A stretch of DNA of 43,035 nucleotides from Octopus bimaculoides (GCF_001194135.2 NC_068993.1:24027533-24070567), one strand, 5' to 3'. Shown: positions 1 through 13,520, counted from the first letter of the stretch. Numbers and translations are program-made. The notes: generated by a model not told the origin, from the sequence alone.

Positions 1-449
1 ATATATATATATATATATATATAATTTTTCATAGAAAACTCTGTAATCGTTACCAATATAGCAGGAGATTTCACCGCAAAAAAATCTAAACTAGACTCCT
101 TAGGGATCGTTCTCCTTGTTTATATATCCAAAGTTTTAAATTTAAATTTAAGAGAGAGATGTCAACATTTCTGTATAAAGCTATATTTGACCGTCAAATT
201 TAAGTCAAACATATAAGTTGCCTAACACGTCTTCAGGGAATACATTTGAGAACAAACAAAAATCAAACAAAAGTCAAAAATAGGAGATCAATACTGCATT
301 TCTAGGTTTCTTCCATATTTAAATTTGTCGTTAAATGACTCATTAAATTTGTCCCTTTCTAAACGAAAGTCCATTAAGGAGAGGCAAGCACTTGCCATAT
401 TATGGGAAATGTTTACATTAATAATGGATATTAGCGTCAAATCTCTCTC

Positions 450-484
<35 letters not shown>

Positions 485-508
485 TAACAGATTAATAACG
501 ACAAATCT

Positions 509-2519
509 ATGTTTCGTGACAAGAGCAATTACCATCCTACAAGAGGCAGAAACAAAACTCTGGAAAAATTATGTGACTACATATCAAACTTCCCTTATGG
601 TGGACTACCACAACTTAAACCAAAACTCAATACCAGTAAAAGAGAATGGCAAATCATCCACGAGTTACAAAACAATCATAACATCACAGTCAAGGAAGCA
701 GATAAGGGTGGTAGTGTTATAATTATGGTCACCGAACAGTATAAATACTCTGTATCTCACCTCTTACAAGATACTAACTACTATGAAAGAGTAGTCAACT
801 ACCAACAATCAAAAACAATTTCCAAATTAAACACACTCATAGGCCAACATCGAAATTGCTTAACGGCAAAAGAATGTGACTACCTAATAAATTTTAATTG
901 CAAAACCAGCATCCTCTACAGGCTTCCGAAAATCCACAAGAGCAAAATAATTACCGAAGCTTGCAAAATGTCCACTACAACCTGCTTCACTGTACTATAT
1001 CCCACTGATCTCAAACTGAGACCAATTGTGACAGTTCCAAACTTTGAAACACACAGATTCAGCAACTTCTTTGATATACTCTTAAAACCAATACTTAAAC
1101 ACATACCAAATATTGTAAAAGATTACCTACTAAATCATCTCCCCAAACATACAAATAAAGTCTTTTTCATTGTCTCCTTTAATATAATAAAATTTTACAC
1201 TACGATCCAACATCAATATGGACAGGAAGCCATTAAATTCTGGCTCGAAAAATACCTCAATGAGGTCCTGGAGAGAATAAAAAAATTATTTATCATCGAG
1301 GGCCTTAAGTTTATCCTCCAAAACAACCTTTTGAATTTTAATAATAATACCTACGGACAGTATCAGGGACTGCAATGTGTACTAAAGTTGCCCTAACTTA
1401 TGCCAACCTGGTAATGGCCTACCTAGATTTACAAATTTATGAACAATCCAAATCAAAATAAGGCCTGTCTTTCCACAAATACCTGTTGGAGAATTGGAAA
1501 CGCTACTTGGATGACTGCCTCATCCTATGGTCCCACACATGTCACCAACTCAATGATTTCAAATATTTAATCGACAGTGTCAACAACCATATCCAATTTA
1601 CAATGGAATATAGTCAAGACCAACTGGCTTTTCTTCAATTCTTGTTATAAAAAAAATCCACCAACATTGAAACTGATATCACCTCCAATCACCCAAATCA
1701 CACGAAGACAAACATCACCTTCAAACTAGGGAGAAGATTCTGTACAATTGTCTCAAATTATAGAACGCGAAATAAAAGACTCCAAGAACTAAAGGCAATT
1801 CTTCTGGAAAGACATTACCCAGCATCATTAGTTGACAATGAAATAGAACGGGCCAAGTCAAACGATACCCAAGACTTACGAAAATCGTAACACACTCAAT
1901 ATACATTAAATAGTCTCGCATATCTCTCAATACACAATCCAAGAAATACAGAAGCTAACACAATTATATACAAGAACATCCCATTATTGACTCAAGACCC
2001 GCGTCTAAAAAAAGCGCTCGAAACTCATAAAATAATAAAAAGCAAGAGACAACCCAAATTCCTAAAAACCTACTCACCAATGCAAAATTACCCAACACAA
2101 GCCCACCTCCCTCCGTCAAAAAATGTGGTCGTTCTAACTGCAGGACTTGGATCCACCTTATTGAAGGAACAATATACAAATTCCAGTCGGGACAGACTTT
2201 TGTCGTAAAAAATAACTTCACCTGTGCATCAAAGAATTTACTTTATGCCATAAGGTGTTAAGGGTGCCACAAAGATTTCATAGGGCGTACGTGTCTTACA
2301 CTCAGAGAAAGGATGACAGTCCACCGCCAACAATTCGGGGACTCCACCACAGGACAGATACTACTTAGTGGACACTTAGATCTCTGTGCACAAAACAAAT
2401 TCCCCAAATTCTTAGTTTTCCCATTATACCACTGCCCAGACAAGACCACTGACCAAACACGAATAAATAAGGAAAATATACTTATTCAAAAATACAGACA
2501 AGAAATTAACATACTCTAA
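509..2519 (+). mobile_element. Penelope-like retroelement (Neptune-like), decayed RT + C-terminal GIY-YIG endonuclease
   Basis: ORF 509-1396 has PLE RT motifs KEADKGG, LPKIHK, LRPIV and VSFNIIKFYTTI. After a frameshift near 1360 it reads GTAMCTKVALTYANLVM...KRYLDD (YLDD at 1504-1515), then thumb motifs (FTMEYS, IETDI, KLGRRFCTIVS, HYPASLV). The endonuclease follows from ~2118: KKCGRSNC...NFTCASKNLLYAIRC*GCHKDFIGRT...RERMTVH...SGHL. Multiple stops and frameshifts. Confidence 0.93.
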
Positions 2520-2816
2520 CATACCCCTAGGTACACACCCATAATAAACACACACAGAAACACATACAGATGTAAAAACACGCACACACACAAATACAAT
2601 GCAATCCTCCCACACAAACACACACACATACATATACACACACGAACAAACACAAATGTCCCCATACTCGAGCACAAAACACATTCCAAGAAAAAAATTC
2701 ATATATACACATGCAATACGATTTTTGCAGTCATAACCAACACTCACACACACATAGACACATAGGTAAACAAGTAGATGCACACACCTACACACATCAC
2801 CCTGACAATTACAAAT

Positions 2817-2862
2817 GCTAAGTTACGGGGACCTAAACACACCAACATCAGTTGTCAAATAT

Positions 2863-2902
<40 letters not shown>

Positions 2903-3062
2903 CGGACTTATTTCAGTTTCCGTCTACCAAATCACTTACAAGGATTTGGCCGGCCCGAGGTTATAGTAGAAGAGACATGTCGAAGGTGCCACACAGTGGA
3001 ACTGAACCCGGGACCATATGGTTGAGAAGCAAGTTTTTTACCACACATCCACACCTGCGCCT
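2817..3062 (-). mobile_element. tRNA-derived SINE, family 1 (internal TA microsatellite), 3'-truncated
   Basis: Minus strand reads aggcgcaggtgtggatgtgtggtaa...cccgggttcagttcc (A/B-box-like), then gtagacggaaactgaaa, (TA)n and ttgacaactgatgttggtgtgtttaggtccccgtaacttagc. Matches other copies at 5625-5893, 30686-33334 and 38178-38527. Confidence 0.88.
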
Positions 3063-3149
3063 AAAAATTAATGCGTTCTCACCAGGACGGAAACTTTTCC
3101 AACATTACAGTATCAAGGGTAAAAGAGTTTCAGTTTATAATACACCTTA

Positions 3150-4700
3150 GGCACGTCAAATGTTAGATGCACCATCAGTACAGAATCCATGACTCATATC
3201 AGTACAGCAGAGATATCTGATATATGTATCCTATAGGAAATGCTTGGTGGACAGTTTCAAGGTCAATACTGATCAAACCCGTTTCTTCAGTTCCTAACAC
3301 AGATGAAATGTTTAGAAATCTCTTCCTGACAACAAAGCTCCCAAGATAAGCTATACACATTAAAATCCATTACAAGTCTATTTCCCCACACGAATATTTT
3401 TGAAATAACTATAAGCATGAGTTTCATTTTCTTAAGGTGTATAGTAAGTACGAAAGCTGTGTGGACACTGTAGAATAGATTCGTTTAGTTTCAGAATAAC
3501 TAGTTCAGTATGAACCACAAGGTCACAATCGTGAACTATGGTCATAACGATTTTCGATTAAGATTTGAAATGATTTGGATTAAACAGCTTACATGCTCTG
3601 TGTTTGCAGAAAAGATGTCTAAATTACAGTTCTTAAATGCATAAGAAATGTTACAATAGCAGAGCATAGGAAGAAAGTTAACGCAAGCATTTCTTTGTCT
3701 AGCAATTTTGTCTACTGGAATAGATTTCGATAGACAATAATTAAGCTAAAACATGACCTTCATACCAGAGAATCGTTGTGAAAACTTATCAACGATCTGG
3801 TAAGTACGCTAACTTTCGCAATATTGTGCACAATTTATTTTTAATCACCAGGGCAGAGTCTTTCGTTAGAAAAAGAAGACGTTGGGAATAAGGAAATCGC
3901 TACTGTAGCTGATGTTTTGGCCTACCTGAACAGCCAATTAGGAATATATCTACAGCAGACAAAGACCAACACTATTTCTATTACCGATGCCGAGGCCTCA
4001 GAGACTTGAACACATATTATAGCTGTCTAGTATTATTTTCAGTACTGATTTTCCTAGATAGGATTGTTTCTTTTTTGTGGCAATTGTGGTGGAAAGAATG
4101 ATATTTTTCATATTCATAGAAAGAATATGTTTCTTCCGTGAGTTAATAATTAATGCATACACAGAGAAGAATAATACATGATGCCCATAAGATAGCCATA
4201 AGCGGAGTTTAATAATACGGTTGCTGACATTAGAAGACAGCTCATCCAGCATAGCATATGAGTTAGGTTTTTCCTTATTACAAACCTAATGCTGCCCTCT
4301 TGTTTCTCATCTCTTGACTTGCAAACACATAAGAAACTATAAATACATCCCCCATTTCAAATATCCGTCTCTCTCAGAACGTGCAGCAGTAGCAAAATTG
4401 CATTCGTCAAACACTGCTGACAAAAGAGTAGTACACATCACAGGCCTGCTGAATGAAATAATTGCTCATCTAATAGGGTTCGCACAGTTGAGCATCCCAT
4501 CTTTAGAAGTGTTAGTGACTATTCCAATCTCTACTTGGTAACCATATGAGCAATGCTTTCTCTAAATATTGTTGTTAAGACACAGCGGATGCCTCCCAAT
4601 TCTTCTCACAGCCCAAATCGGCAAAAGCAATGCTAAAGTAAATTTCCTGCCCCCAAATGTGCAGATCTCTAATTGTATGCTTCAAACACATAACTTCTGC
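3150..4700 (-). pseudogene. highly decayed hAT-like (ZMYM1/DUF4371-type) transposase remnant
   Basis: Minus-strand fragments in the expected order: ESIAHMVTK*RLE*...TLLDEQL (~4560-4450), VVRKRFLNISSVLGTEETG (~3340-3280) and GFCTDGASNI (~3190-3160). These resemble hAT 'ERFL' and 'TDGASNM' motifs. Many stops; boundaries approximate. Confidence 0.4.
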
Positions 4701-5281
4701 ATAGACCACTATGCACACATCATTGGAAGATATAAATGGATAAAGTTGGTTTATTTAGTTCAATTCCTCATAAAATATTGTGATGTACTAGATATCAGGA
4801 GCACTACATTGCTTGGAAGAACAATTACTTCACTGGGATGACTGTGCCAGATGATGTACAAAACAAATCGAATGCCATTCCTGAATAGCAACTGACAGGG
4901 ACGCAAATATATCAAGAAGACTGATGGGAACAACGAAAGATGTTATATTATTTTCTTCCTCATAGTCTTTACTAACAAACGCAGTCTAGAAGATACTAGG
5001 GCATCCAACTCTTAGATGCATACTTAGGTAGAAATACCTGTACATCGTTACTATGAGATCATCTTGAATACGTCTATGCTACCTTGATTTGTTGTCAAAT
5101 GTTTGTTTAAAGTATGCTGAGTTTATTAGGTTCTTACGGGACTTTATTTCTCTTGCAAGGGATCAAGCGATCCGCACCACTAATCTATCGTGGTCGAACG
5201 AGACTCCTTTGTCATCGAAGAATCAGTCAAGTTACAAGTTTGGATTAGATCTTAGCTGCAGCACTCAGATGCAACCTGAAT

Positions 5282-5313
<32 letters not shown>

Positions 5314-5624
5314 NNNNNNNNNNNNNNNNNNNNNNNNNNNNNNNNNNNNNNNNNNNNNNNNNNNNNNNNNNNNNNNNNNNNNNNNNNNNNNNNNNNNNNN
5401 NNNNNNNNNNNNNNNNNNNNNNNNNNNNNNNNNNNNNNNNNNNNNNNNNNNNNNNNNNNNNNNNNNNNNNNNNNNNNNNNNNNNNNNNNNNNNNNNNNNN
5501 NNNNNNNNNNNNNNNNNNNNNNNNNNNNNNNNNNNNNNNNNNNNNNNNNNNNNNNNNNNNNNNNNNATATATATATATATATATATATATATACTAGCCT
5601 TGCTCGGGATTCAAAGGACATAGT

Positions 5625-5893
5625 TGTTTATTGTTTTACTGGTTTCAGTCATGTGACTGCGGCTATGTTGTGGCGCCGCCGTTGGTGGAACAAATCGACC
5701 ACAGGATTTATTCTTTGCAAGCCTAGTACTTTTTCTCTCAGCGTCTTTTGCGGAATCGCTACGTTATGGGAACGTAAACACACCAACATTGGTTGTCAAG
5801 CAAAGGTGGGGGTACAAACACAGACACACACAGAGAAATATACACATATATACGACAGTCATCTTTCAGTTTCCGTGTACGAAATCCACTCAA
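5625..5893 (-). mobile_element. SINE family 1, 3' half
   Basis: Reverse complement of the family 1 body and tail (gagtggatttcgtacacggaaactgaaag...aaagaataaatcctgtggtcgatttgttcc...gcagtcacatgactgaaac). Confidence 0.85.
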
Positions 5894-7547
5894 GTTAGTG
5901 TTCTAAAACTAAGTTTTGTGTTTTGACAAAGTAACACGAGTTATCCAATTTGAGGATTAAAATCCCTTTTAAGTGAGTGATATGGTAAATAAGAAGTCCT
6001 GATTTTTTAAAAGTAAGATCAAGCTCACATGAGAATATCTCCTGTCTTAAAAGACTGCTATAAGATCCCGAACGTTCTATAAGAGTTAAGGTTTCAAGTA
6101 GTAACTTAACGCAAATCTGAACTCCAAAGTATTCGCAAGTTAAGAGGAGGTATACTGATAAGTTAAACTTTGTATGTAAGTAGTAGTTTGTATAAATAGA
6201 GTTTGATTGTCAATATGTCTATGGTTATGCATGAAATACTGAATATAAAATGCTTGAAAAAAAAATGAACTTCCCTATTCAAAATCTGAAACGCTAGAGA
6301 ATTAAAACAACGAATTGAAATAATAAGTTTTAGCAAATTTTTAAAAAATGCTAAATAAATTACCGTTAATAAGATGACTTTTTATAGCCATGAAACATTT
6401 TTTTGCGAAATTTCGCCATTTTTCAAAACTTTAAAATCTATATTAATTCATAGGACTAATTTGACGAAAAGATGAGCAGAGTCTGGTAGCGAACCCGTGT
6501 CGTCGTCAGTTTTGTGCATGTGCGTAACATGGCGAAATTTCATGCTTTCGAGAAATCGATGTCACGACCGCTAGTACTTTATATTAAAAATACTGTCTTA
6601 AATATTTACAAAGCGTAGATTCCAGGACAGGTAGATAAAATATGAGTAACAAGGAGATACAGGTGTCACAGTATATGTACATATATGTGTATGTGTGTGT
6701 GCGTGTTTGTGAATGGGCATGTATTTACATTCATGTAGCTTATATAGGTTGCTATGGATGTACATATGTATACATATGTATATATACATAAATATCTATA
6801 TATACATATGTATAGACAGAGAGAGATGGAAAAAGAAAGGGAGAGACAGAGAGAGAGACAGAGAAAGAAGAAACGTGCTAGCAAGAAACTCGGAGTACTG
6901 GCTTATGCTAGCATTCCAATTAAGAAATATGTATACACTATGCTCATTAGTATAGAATATTTGATTATTTGCTTCTGTTACAAAAGTCGTTAACAATCGA
7001 AACTAACTAACTGAATTTATTGTAACTACATTGCAATTTAGAAGCTAAAGAGGAGAATACATAACTTAACATATCTTCACCAATACGGGAACAATTGCAC
7101 TATATAACATCACTGTACCGGATGATAGGCCAATTATGTTTGTTTGAGCATGGCGATATGTAATTTGTGAAAACATGAGCCGATATTTTACAGTGATTAA
7201 AACAACATGGTTCTCTTACTTTAATGTAATACTGACAAAACATGACAATTTTATGCAAAATGTAGTTAATTATGGGAGTGTATATGTATGTTTTGATGAA
7301 TGATGACATATTGCAGTTTAAATGAAGGTTGTTGCGTTATGATACCAGTAGTACCCTTTTGCAAAACAATCGATTAGCTAAAAAGTTTTATTTTAATTAT
7401 AGAAACCCTTACTTAGAAACACAAGCGAGGAGAAAGGGAATGACTAAATGCATCTAAGGTGAGATGAAGTTTACAGAGGTTGTAGCAATTATATGATCAG
7501 TGATATAAAAAGATGTCGATTCGAAATTTTTTTTATCATAATATTGA

Positions 7548-7755
7548 TTTCGATTTTTGACACAAAGTCAGAAATTTGGGTAAGATTTACGTCGATTACA
7601 ACGACACCAGTGTTTAACTGGTACTTATTCTGTAGTCCCAGAAAGGGATGAAATACAAAGTCGGCTTCGATGAAATTTGAACTCAGAATGTAAAGACGAA
7701 TGAAATGCCGTTGAGCATTTCGCCCGGCGTACCAACACATCTGCCAGCTTGCTGC
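7548..7755 (-). mobile_element. tRNA-derived SINE, family 2
   Basis: Minus strand gcagcaagctggcagatgtgttggtacgccgggcgaaatgctc...gagttcaaatttc (B box)...ataagtaccagtt...gtcgttgtaatcgac. Alignable to 15764-15976 and 28980-29191. Confidence 0.85.
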
Positions 7756-8130
7756 ATTTCTTGCCATGCTTAATATTGCCGAATTCAGGTCATCACTAAC
7801 AAGTAGATAAATGAAATCGCATTAATCATCACATAACGTGATTTCGTGTCAGTAATTCGTATTCACAGTTTACCCTGCAGTATATTCAAAAGGTAATGCC
7901 CTTTAGAATCCTTGATAAAATATTGAAAAGAAATGCCTAGTGCGATTGAGAAATATATCATTTTAATCAATATACAACATAGAGTTGCCAAATCAATTTC
8001 ATGGTTGTGTTCAAGGTGAAACGCAATCCTTCCACGTATGCAATCCCTTTGAAAGCTGACTTGGTTAACATTTTGTGAGTATGTTCTTATTTCTTCATTT
8101 GATTCTATATGGTTAACATAAATCTTTACT

Positions 8131-8189
<59 letters not shown>

Positions 8190-8190
<1 letters not shown>

Positions 8191-8480
8191 GGGAGACCTC
8201 TTGATTTTGCCGTTTCTTAAGATCTCACACATTCCTAATCTTCTTTATATACCAGTATTTCCAATCTTTTGGAAACTGTTCCTCTTCCCAGTTGGCTTAA
8301 ATTAGAGTTATAAGTGCACTTATCTTCAACTTCTTCCAAGTCTGTAACAGTATCTTATTCCTTAGTTATTATCAGGATCGTCTTTCTGATTACTTCAATT
8401 TCCTATACATTTCTTGCTGGCTTCCGACATGTATTTCTTTTCCCGTCTTTTCACTTTATAATATTTTGTTCCTGATCAGT
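8190..8480 (-). mobile_element. RTE-like LINE fragment (start of RT domain)
   Basis: Minus strand ...ANWEEEQFPKDWKYWYIKKI..DLKKRQN resembles the RTE 'IWEEE.IP.DWK...I.KLPKKGDL..C.N' motif. Ends at a (TA)n array. Confidence 0.55.
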
Positions 8481-9573
8481 TTGTTTTAGCACATCTCATT
8501 TTTGTGACTCGTATGATTCCAAGTTTACATTGCAATGATTAACGGCTGAAACCACCAGATTTTAAGTAGCTCCATAATAGGTTTATTTTCTTTAAAGCGT
8601 GCAGTGTATGCATCTCTTTAACCTGACTTTATACGAGAAATAAATATTTTTTTAGATACCCTATCACCTACGCAGCGCCTTTTGGTTGCACACGGTAATT
8701 AAACTACCGGAATCTTCTAACAACGCGTTCCATATTCGGGCCTATTAAATATAACGCTCAGTCACTGTTGTCATTGCTAACTATAATATTTGAAGATATT
8801 TCTAAGAGAAGTATGAAAGGAATTTTAATGATTGCCTCAATAGCAAGAAGGGTTTTGGTTTTATATAGATATAATTTGCGGGCTGGTTTTAGGTTATTTC
8901 AATTCAAACTATCTAGTGTAGAAATATTCTGATGCTTAGCTTTGCCAGTTATCTAATGTTGTTATGAATATATGCTCATTTTATTTAAATTTAATAGCTG
9001 ATAACTTCCGTAAGACAGAAGGTAGGTAGTATGTCGTTTTCCTAATGCATGCATACATCGTCATAATTGGGGGTTTAAGCAGCTTAGAAAATGTGCTTTA
9101 CACACTGCATAACGTCACCTCTTCAAAATTATTTATTAATCCAGAATGTTATATTGTAGTTCGACCTTGTATCCATGTTTAATTCGATCTGTATATAAAT
9201 TCAGTGTGTGTAAGCACACCTGCACGTAGGTAAGTCATAAAATGCAACGCACATTCAAAAATCATAACCGGTGAAGAATTTTTTCAAAGGTATTTCATTA
9301 TTATATGAATCTAATAATTAATTTCAGATTTGAAAGCAATTTAGTTCGTGAAATTATCATGTGAGTTGATTTAGTACCTATGTTGTGCAAACTATGCTAA
9401 ATTCAAATTTATTGCAATTGACATAAAATGAGGAAGCATAAATAGATTGCCCCTTTTTCAGAATCTGTTTATTCTACAGACCTACGTCAAGTACGAACGG
9501 AGAACTTATTGAGGGACAGCTTGTTTAGTGACGAGGGCAACAGCCAATTAAATAGCAGAAGATTATAAATGCA

Positions 9574-9879
9574 TTGCAGATTATTGATTTCTTAATTTGG
9601 ACGCGTGGCATATTAGCTATAGGTTTATACTCATGTGATCTTGTCCCCACTGACTACCACATCTTCCAGAATTTAGATTACATTTTAAGAGGGAAAAAAT
9701 ATTCATTTCAACTAGGCTGTAAAACAGACCTTCCAAGATTTATTGACTCTAGATTGGCAAACTTTTACAGTTCCGTGCTGGGCAAGATGCCGCTGAAATG
9801 GCAAAAGTGTATTGACAACATGGGTGCATATTAGCAAACTTTTTCTTTTCTACAAATTTCACACTTTGACGACCTAATA
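9574..9879 (+). mobile_element. mariner transposon 3' fragment (transposase C-terminus + terminal inverted repeat)
   Basis: LYSCDLVPTDYHIFQNLDYILRGKK...FYSSVLGKMPLKWQKCIDNMGAY matches the mariner YSPDLAP.DY...W.KC...G.Y motif. It is followed by TIR-like ...gacgacctaata at 9868-9879 and TA. Confidence 0.85.
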
Positions 9880-9979
9880 TATATATATATATAACGCTGC
9901 TTGAATAACGGACAGAATCAACAACTATTGAAAAGTTTNNNNNNNNNNNNNNNNNNNNTATATATATATATATGTAAAA

Positions 9980-10188
9980 ATATGTGACAATGATTCGGTG
10001 GCCATGATAAAACTCCGAGTTTCGCATGTCTGGGCGGAAATCCGCGCCGGCATCACCTCAGTTATGGGGCCATCGAAAAAGATACTAGAAAATGATGGCT
10101 CAATAACTGAAGAGATGCTGACGCGGGTTTCCGCCCCGTCATCCAAAACTCGGAGTTTTATCATGGCTACCGAATAATTGTCACATAT
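9980..10188. repeat. 209-bp foldback (95-bp arms, 19-nt loop), MITE-like
   Basis: 9980-10074 and the reverse complement of 10094-10188 align without gaps, with about 13 mismatches counted by eye. Confidence 0.92.
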
Positions 10189-10494
10189 TATATTTATAGA
10201 TAAATTCCTCTATTTACATAATATCCAGGTTTCTGTCAATCTTTTGTTGTCTTGCCATTTCTATTAATATATATATATATATAACGCTGCTTGAATAACG
10301 GACAGAATCAACAACTATTGAAAAGTTTGCAAGACGCAACGAGAATTTAAAAAATATAAATAAAATAGTTTTTTTTTTATGATAGTCCGCATTCCTGCGA
10401 TGAACACAGTACAATCTCTAGTATCCATCAATATTGGGTGGATCATAGTCTGTGCGTTCACTTCTTCGTGGGATAGAACATTAAAGATACATAA

Positions 10495-10716
<222 letters not shown>

Positions 10717-10865
10717 CGGCTTCATCTGTTAACAGATGAAGATTAACTTGCAGAATTAGTGATTCTACATAAAGACATTGAACAATATATAAGATCAATA
10801 AAAATTGCAAAAGAGTTTCATTGAATATTTTTACTGGAAATGTGATTTTGACAGATGTGATTTCT

Positions 10866-11170
10866 ATAAAGGGCTTCAATAAAAAAGTTCCGTTATCGAG
10901 GTGACAAATTTGAATATTGCATGTGCCTGGTGAGTAAGAAGGGGCCCTATAAGTGATACACTATTCGATGTTCAGGAAGTCGTACCGATAGTCGTGGAGT
11001 CTCTAGATAAAAAGTGACAGGGATATGGAATTTTCCCTACTCCTGAAAGAGTACATATACTGTGTATACCGTTCTAGCTATCATATTGCATGATTGTGTG
11101 AGGAAGGCTTTGTAAACCACAACAACTGAGTGCAGAAACCTTCCAGTGAGCGTTGGTAGGATGTAGACAA
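10866..11170 (-). mobile_element. possible second mariner 3' remnant
   Basis: Minus strand ...FHIPVTFYLE...LPEH..CIT..G weakly resembles a mariner C-terminus. TIR-like gggcttcaataaaaaagttccg at ~10870. Confidence 0.3.
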
Positions 11171-11919
11171 TTATAAGTTGCAATGTGGGTTACTGAATGT
11201 GTATATGTGCGTTTTCGTCTATTGCAGTGTGCGATGTTCGAAGCGATATTTTCGAAGCAGAAATAATTGACCTAGACGTTGAGGGTTCGAAATATTTATA
11301 AATATATCTATATAGATTCTAGGGAAATGATTTTTAGTTAGCTTCAGAAATTTCGTGACTATATTGGTTTAAACGTCTTGGACTAGACATTTTGTTTAAA
11401 ACGGAGGATTCAACCAGATTATCTTTCTCCTTCTGACTCACTTCAAATTCAGAGATGGGGTGATGTCTCCTTCAAATATGCTAACTACTTAGTGAATCCA
11501 CACCTGGCTCGTGTTTCGTTATATTCAGAGTAGTTCTGTTCACAATCTCTCTATCAGCTAACAGTTTAGAGATTTGTCTACTTATGATTATGACTTGGTT
11601 ACCAATCAAAGATGAGGTGTGGCTAGAGATTCTTGTGGATATATATACATTCTCCTCATTAGGTTTGCAGCAAGAGTAATACTTGCCCCTTAAACTCTAG
11701 TGTTACATTCCGCGACTAAGCGAGACCAATTCCTAAACTCAGATTACCCGTGCAAAGGTTCCGAGAGTTCAAGAAATTCCGGTACCTGAATTTTTTTCCG
11801 ATGGATAAAATGTTCCACATCTCTAAGCCGACATTTCAGTGCAACCAGTCATCAAACCAGCGGCACAAGAGGAGCTGAGACGATCAGAAACCAACTACAC
11901 TTTATTGTACTATATATAC

Positions 11920-13520
11920 ATGCCGTGGATAAGAACTTCTACAACAGATGCCTAAGAAATAGCATTGCAAAGAAGTAATAAAAAAAACTAATGATGTATT
12001 TAAAAAAGTGAGTGAACACTGGAGCAACAAGAATCACTTCAGCCTTAACCTTCACCTACGCAAGCCCTTTCTTACCCTTAAGAAGCGTAAAGTCACTTTT
12101 GATAGAAATCTCAAATATAGATTATTGAATCCAGTGAAAACAAAGATAGTATTAGTTAACAAAAACATCTAAGATTCCATCCTAGATAAGTAGGGAGATA
12201 TATTTACACGTCCGGAGCGACATTAAATCTGTTATAGACTGGTTAAATAGTATTAGCTGTAAATTCATGCAGTTTATTACTGTGGACTTTTACCTCTACT
12301 TCTTAGTGCACTCGATTTTGTTGAGAAGTACGCAGCTATCAGCAATCTTGACATCGATATTGTTTCATATGCCAGGAAATCTGTACTTTTTTTCGACAAA
12401 TCTACTTGGATGAAAAAGAATGGAGATTCCTTATTCAATATGCCAGTAGGTGCGTACGGCGGAGCAGAATTATGCATATTAATAGAATTATATAATGCAG
12501 GATTATATAGGGATGATGGCGTTATAGTCACCCGTACATGAATGAATATGAATTCGATGACATTAGGAAGAATCCTATTGCATTCTGCCAAACTACAATA
12601 GACATAAACTTCAGTTGCGTTAATTACTCGGGTATTAATTTAGATTCAAAATCAATAGTTTTAAGCCCTTTTGTAAGTCTAATGAAATGTTATACTATAT
12701 TTACAAAGAGTTAAATCACCCAAGTGTCATTATTAGAACCATTGTTTGGAACATAGGAAAGCGTATTTTATTACTACCTTCGGGCCAGGCAGCTTTTCGC
12801 AATGCCAATGCGTATGATGATGACGCTTTGCATATCAGTGGGTTTTCGAAGAAGGACTAATATATTCATAACGAAGGTAACAATAGTGAAACCTGTAAAA
12901 CCAAAGCTAGAAAGGTTTTGTGCTTCAATCTAACCTTCAGCATCACCATTAGAATCCATGTAGATAAAGAATCTTTAAATCTAGAATTTTTCCATAGAAA
13001 AACGCCTAAGGTTAGCTATTTTTCTTGTAACACATTGCCTCTTTAATAAACCAGCATGACACAAAGGTCCTTAGCATTACTGACGATGCTGCGGGAAAAG
13101 ATAACTGAAAATGTAATTGTAATGACCAAAGTAACTGTCCTTTAAAGGGTAATTGTCAGATAAAAGGCATAGTCTATAGAGCCAAAGTCCAGTTGGGTAA
13201 TACAAGTGCATAAAAGACATACACAACTCCCACAGAAAATTCTTTCAATATCCTTACACAAAAATTCCTTTAAGTACCGGTAAAATAGAACTGCAAGGAG
13301 CCTGATCAAGCACAGACATCAGTTAAAATAACTAGGTTCTTCCCCTTTTAAAATTTACTGGTCTGATTTAGAAAAGCCTACACTGTACAGTCATGGGGCT
13401 TACAGAAACTCAATGAGGAATCATTTGTGTTTGAGCGAACAGTTCTTTATCCTTTTCCAGGATAAACAAAATTTAAACTAGAAAACTAGTCTTTTGAACT
13501 ATTTCAGATACGTTTCCAGG
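11920..13520 (+). mobile_element. Penelope-like retroelement of Naiad/Chlamys type, decayed RT + GIY-YIG
   Basis: KPFLTLKKRKVTFDRNLKYRLLNPVK; WMKKNGDSLFNMPVGAYGGAELC; GLYRDDG (12500-12520); endonuclease CNCNDQSNCPLKGNCQIKGIVYRAKV...TY (from 13112) and HLCLSEQFFILFQDKQNLN. The LYRDD and CNC...CPL.GNC signatures differ from the YLDD-type element at 509. Confidence 0.85.

Noticed and set aside
60-120. Hammerhead-like arrangement on the minus strand upstream of the first PLE
   Set aside because: The core reads CUAAGGA, there is no U16.1/NUH triplet, and stem II does not pair.
5592-5608. actagccttgctcggg resembling a Helitron 3' end on the minus strand
   Set aside because: Only ~17 bp next to a gap, and the hairpin is incomplete.
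6407-6575. 13-bp inverted repeat (gaaatttcgccat / atggcgaaatttc) and a downstream gCTAGt
   Set aside because: Too short, no convincing terminal hairpin or TSD; cannot call an element.
13106-13108. In-frame TGA two codons before the Naiad CNC motif as possible selenocysteine
   Set aside because: The copy has many TAA/TAG stops and frameshifts, the position is not a conserved Cys, and I see no convincing SECIS in 13520-13800.
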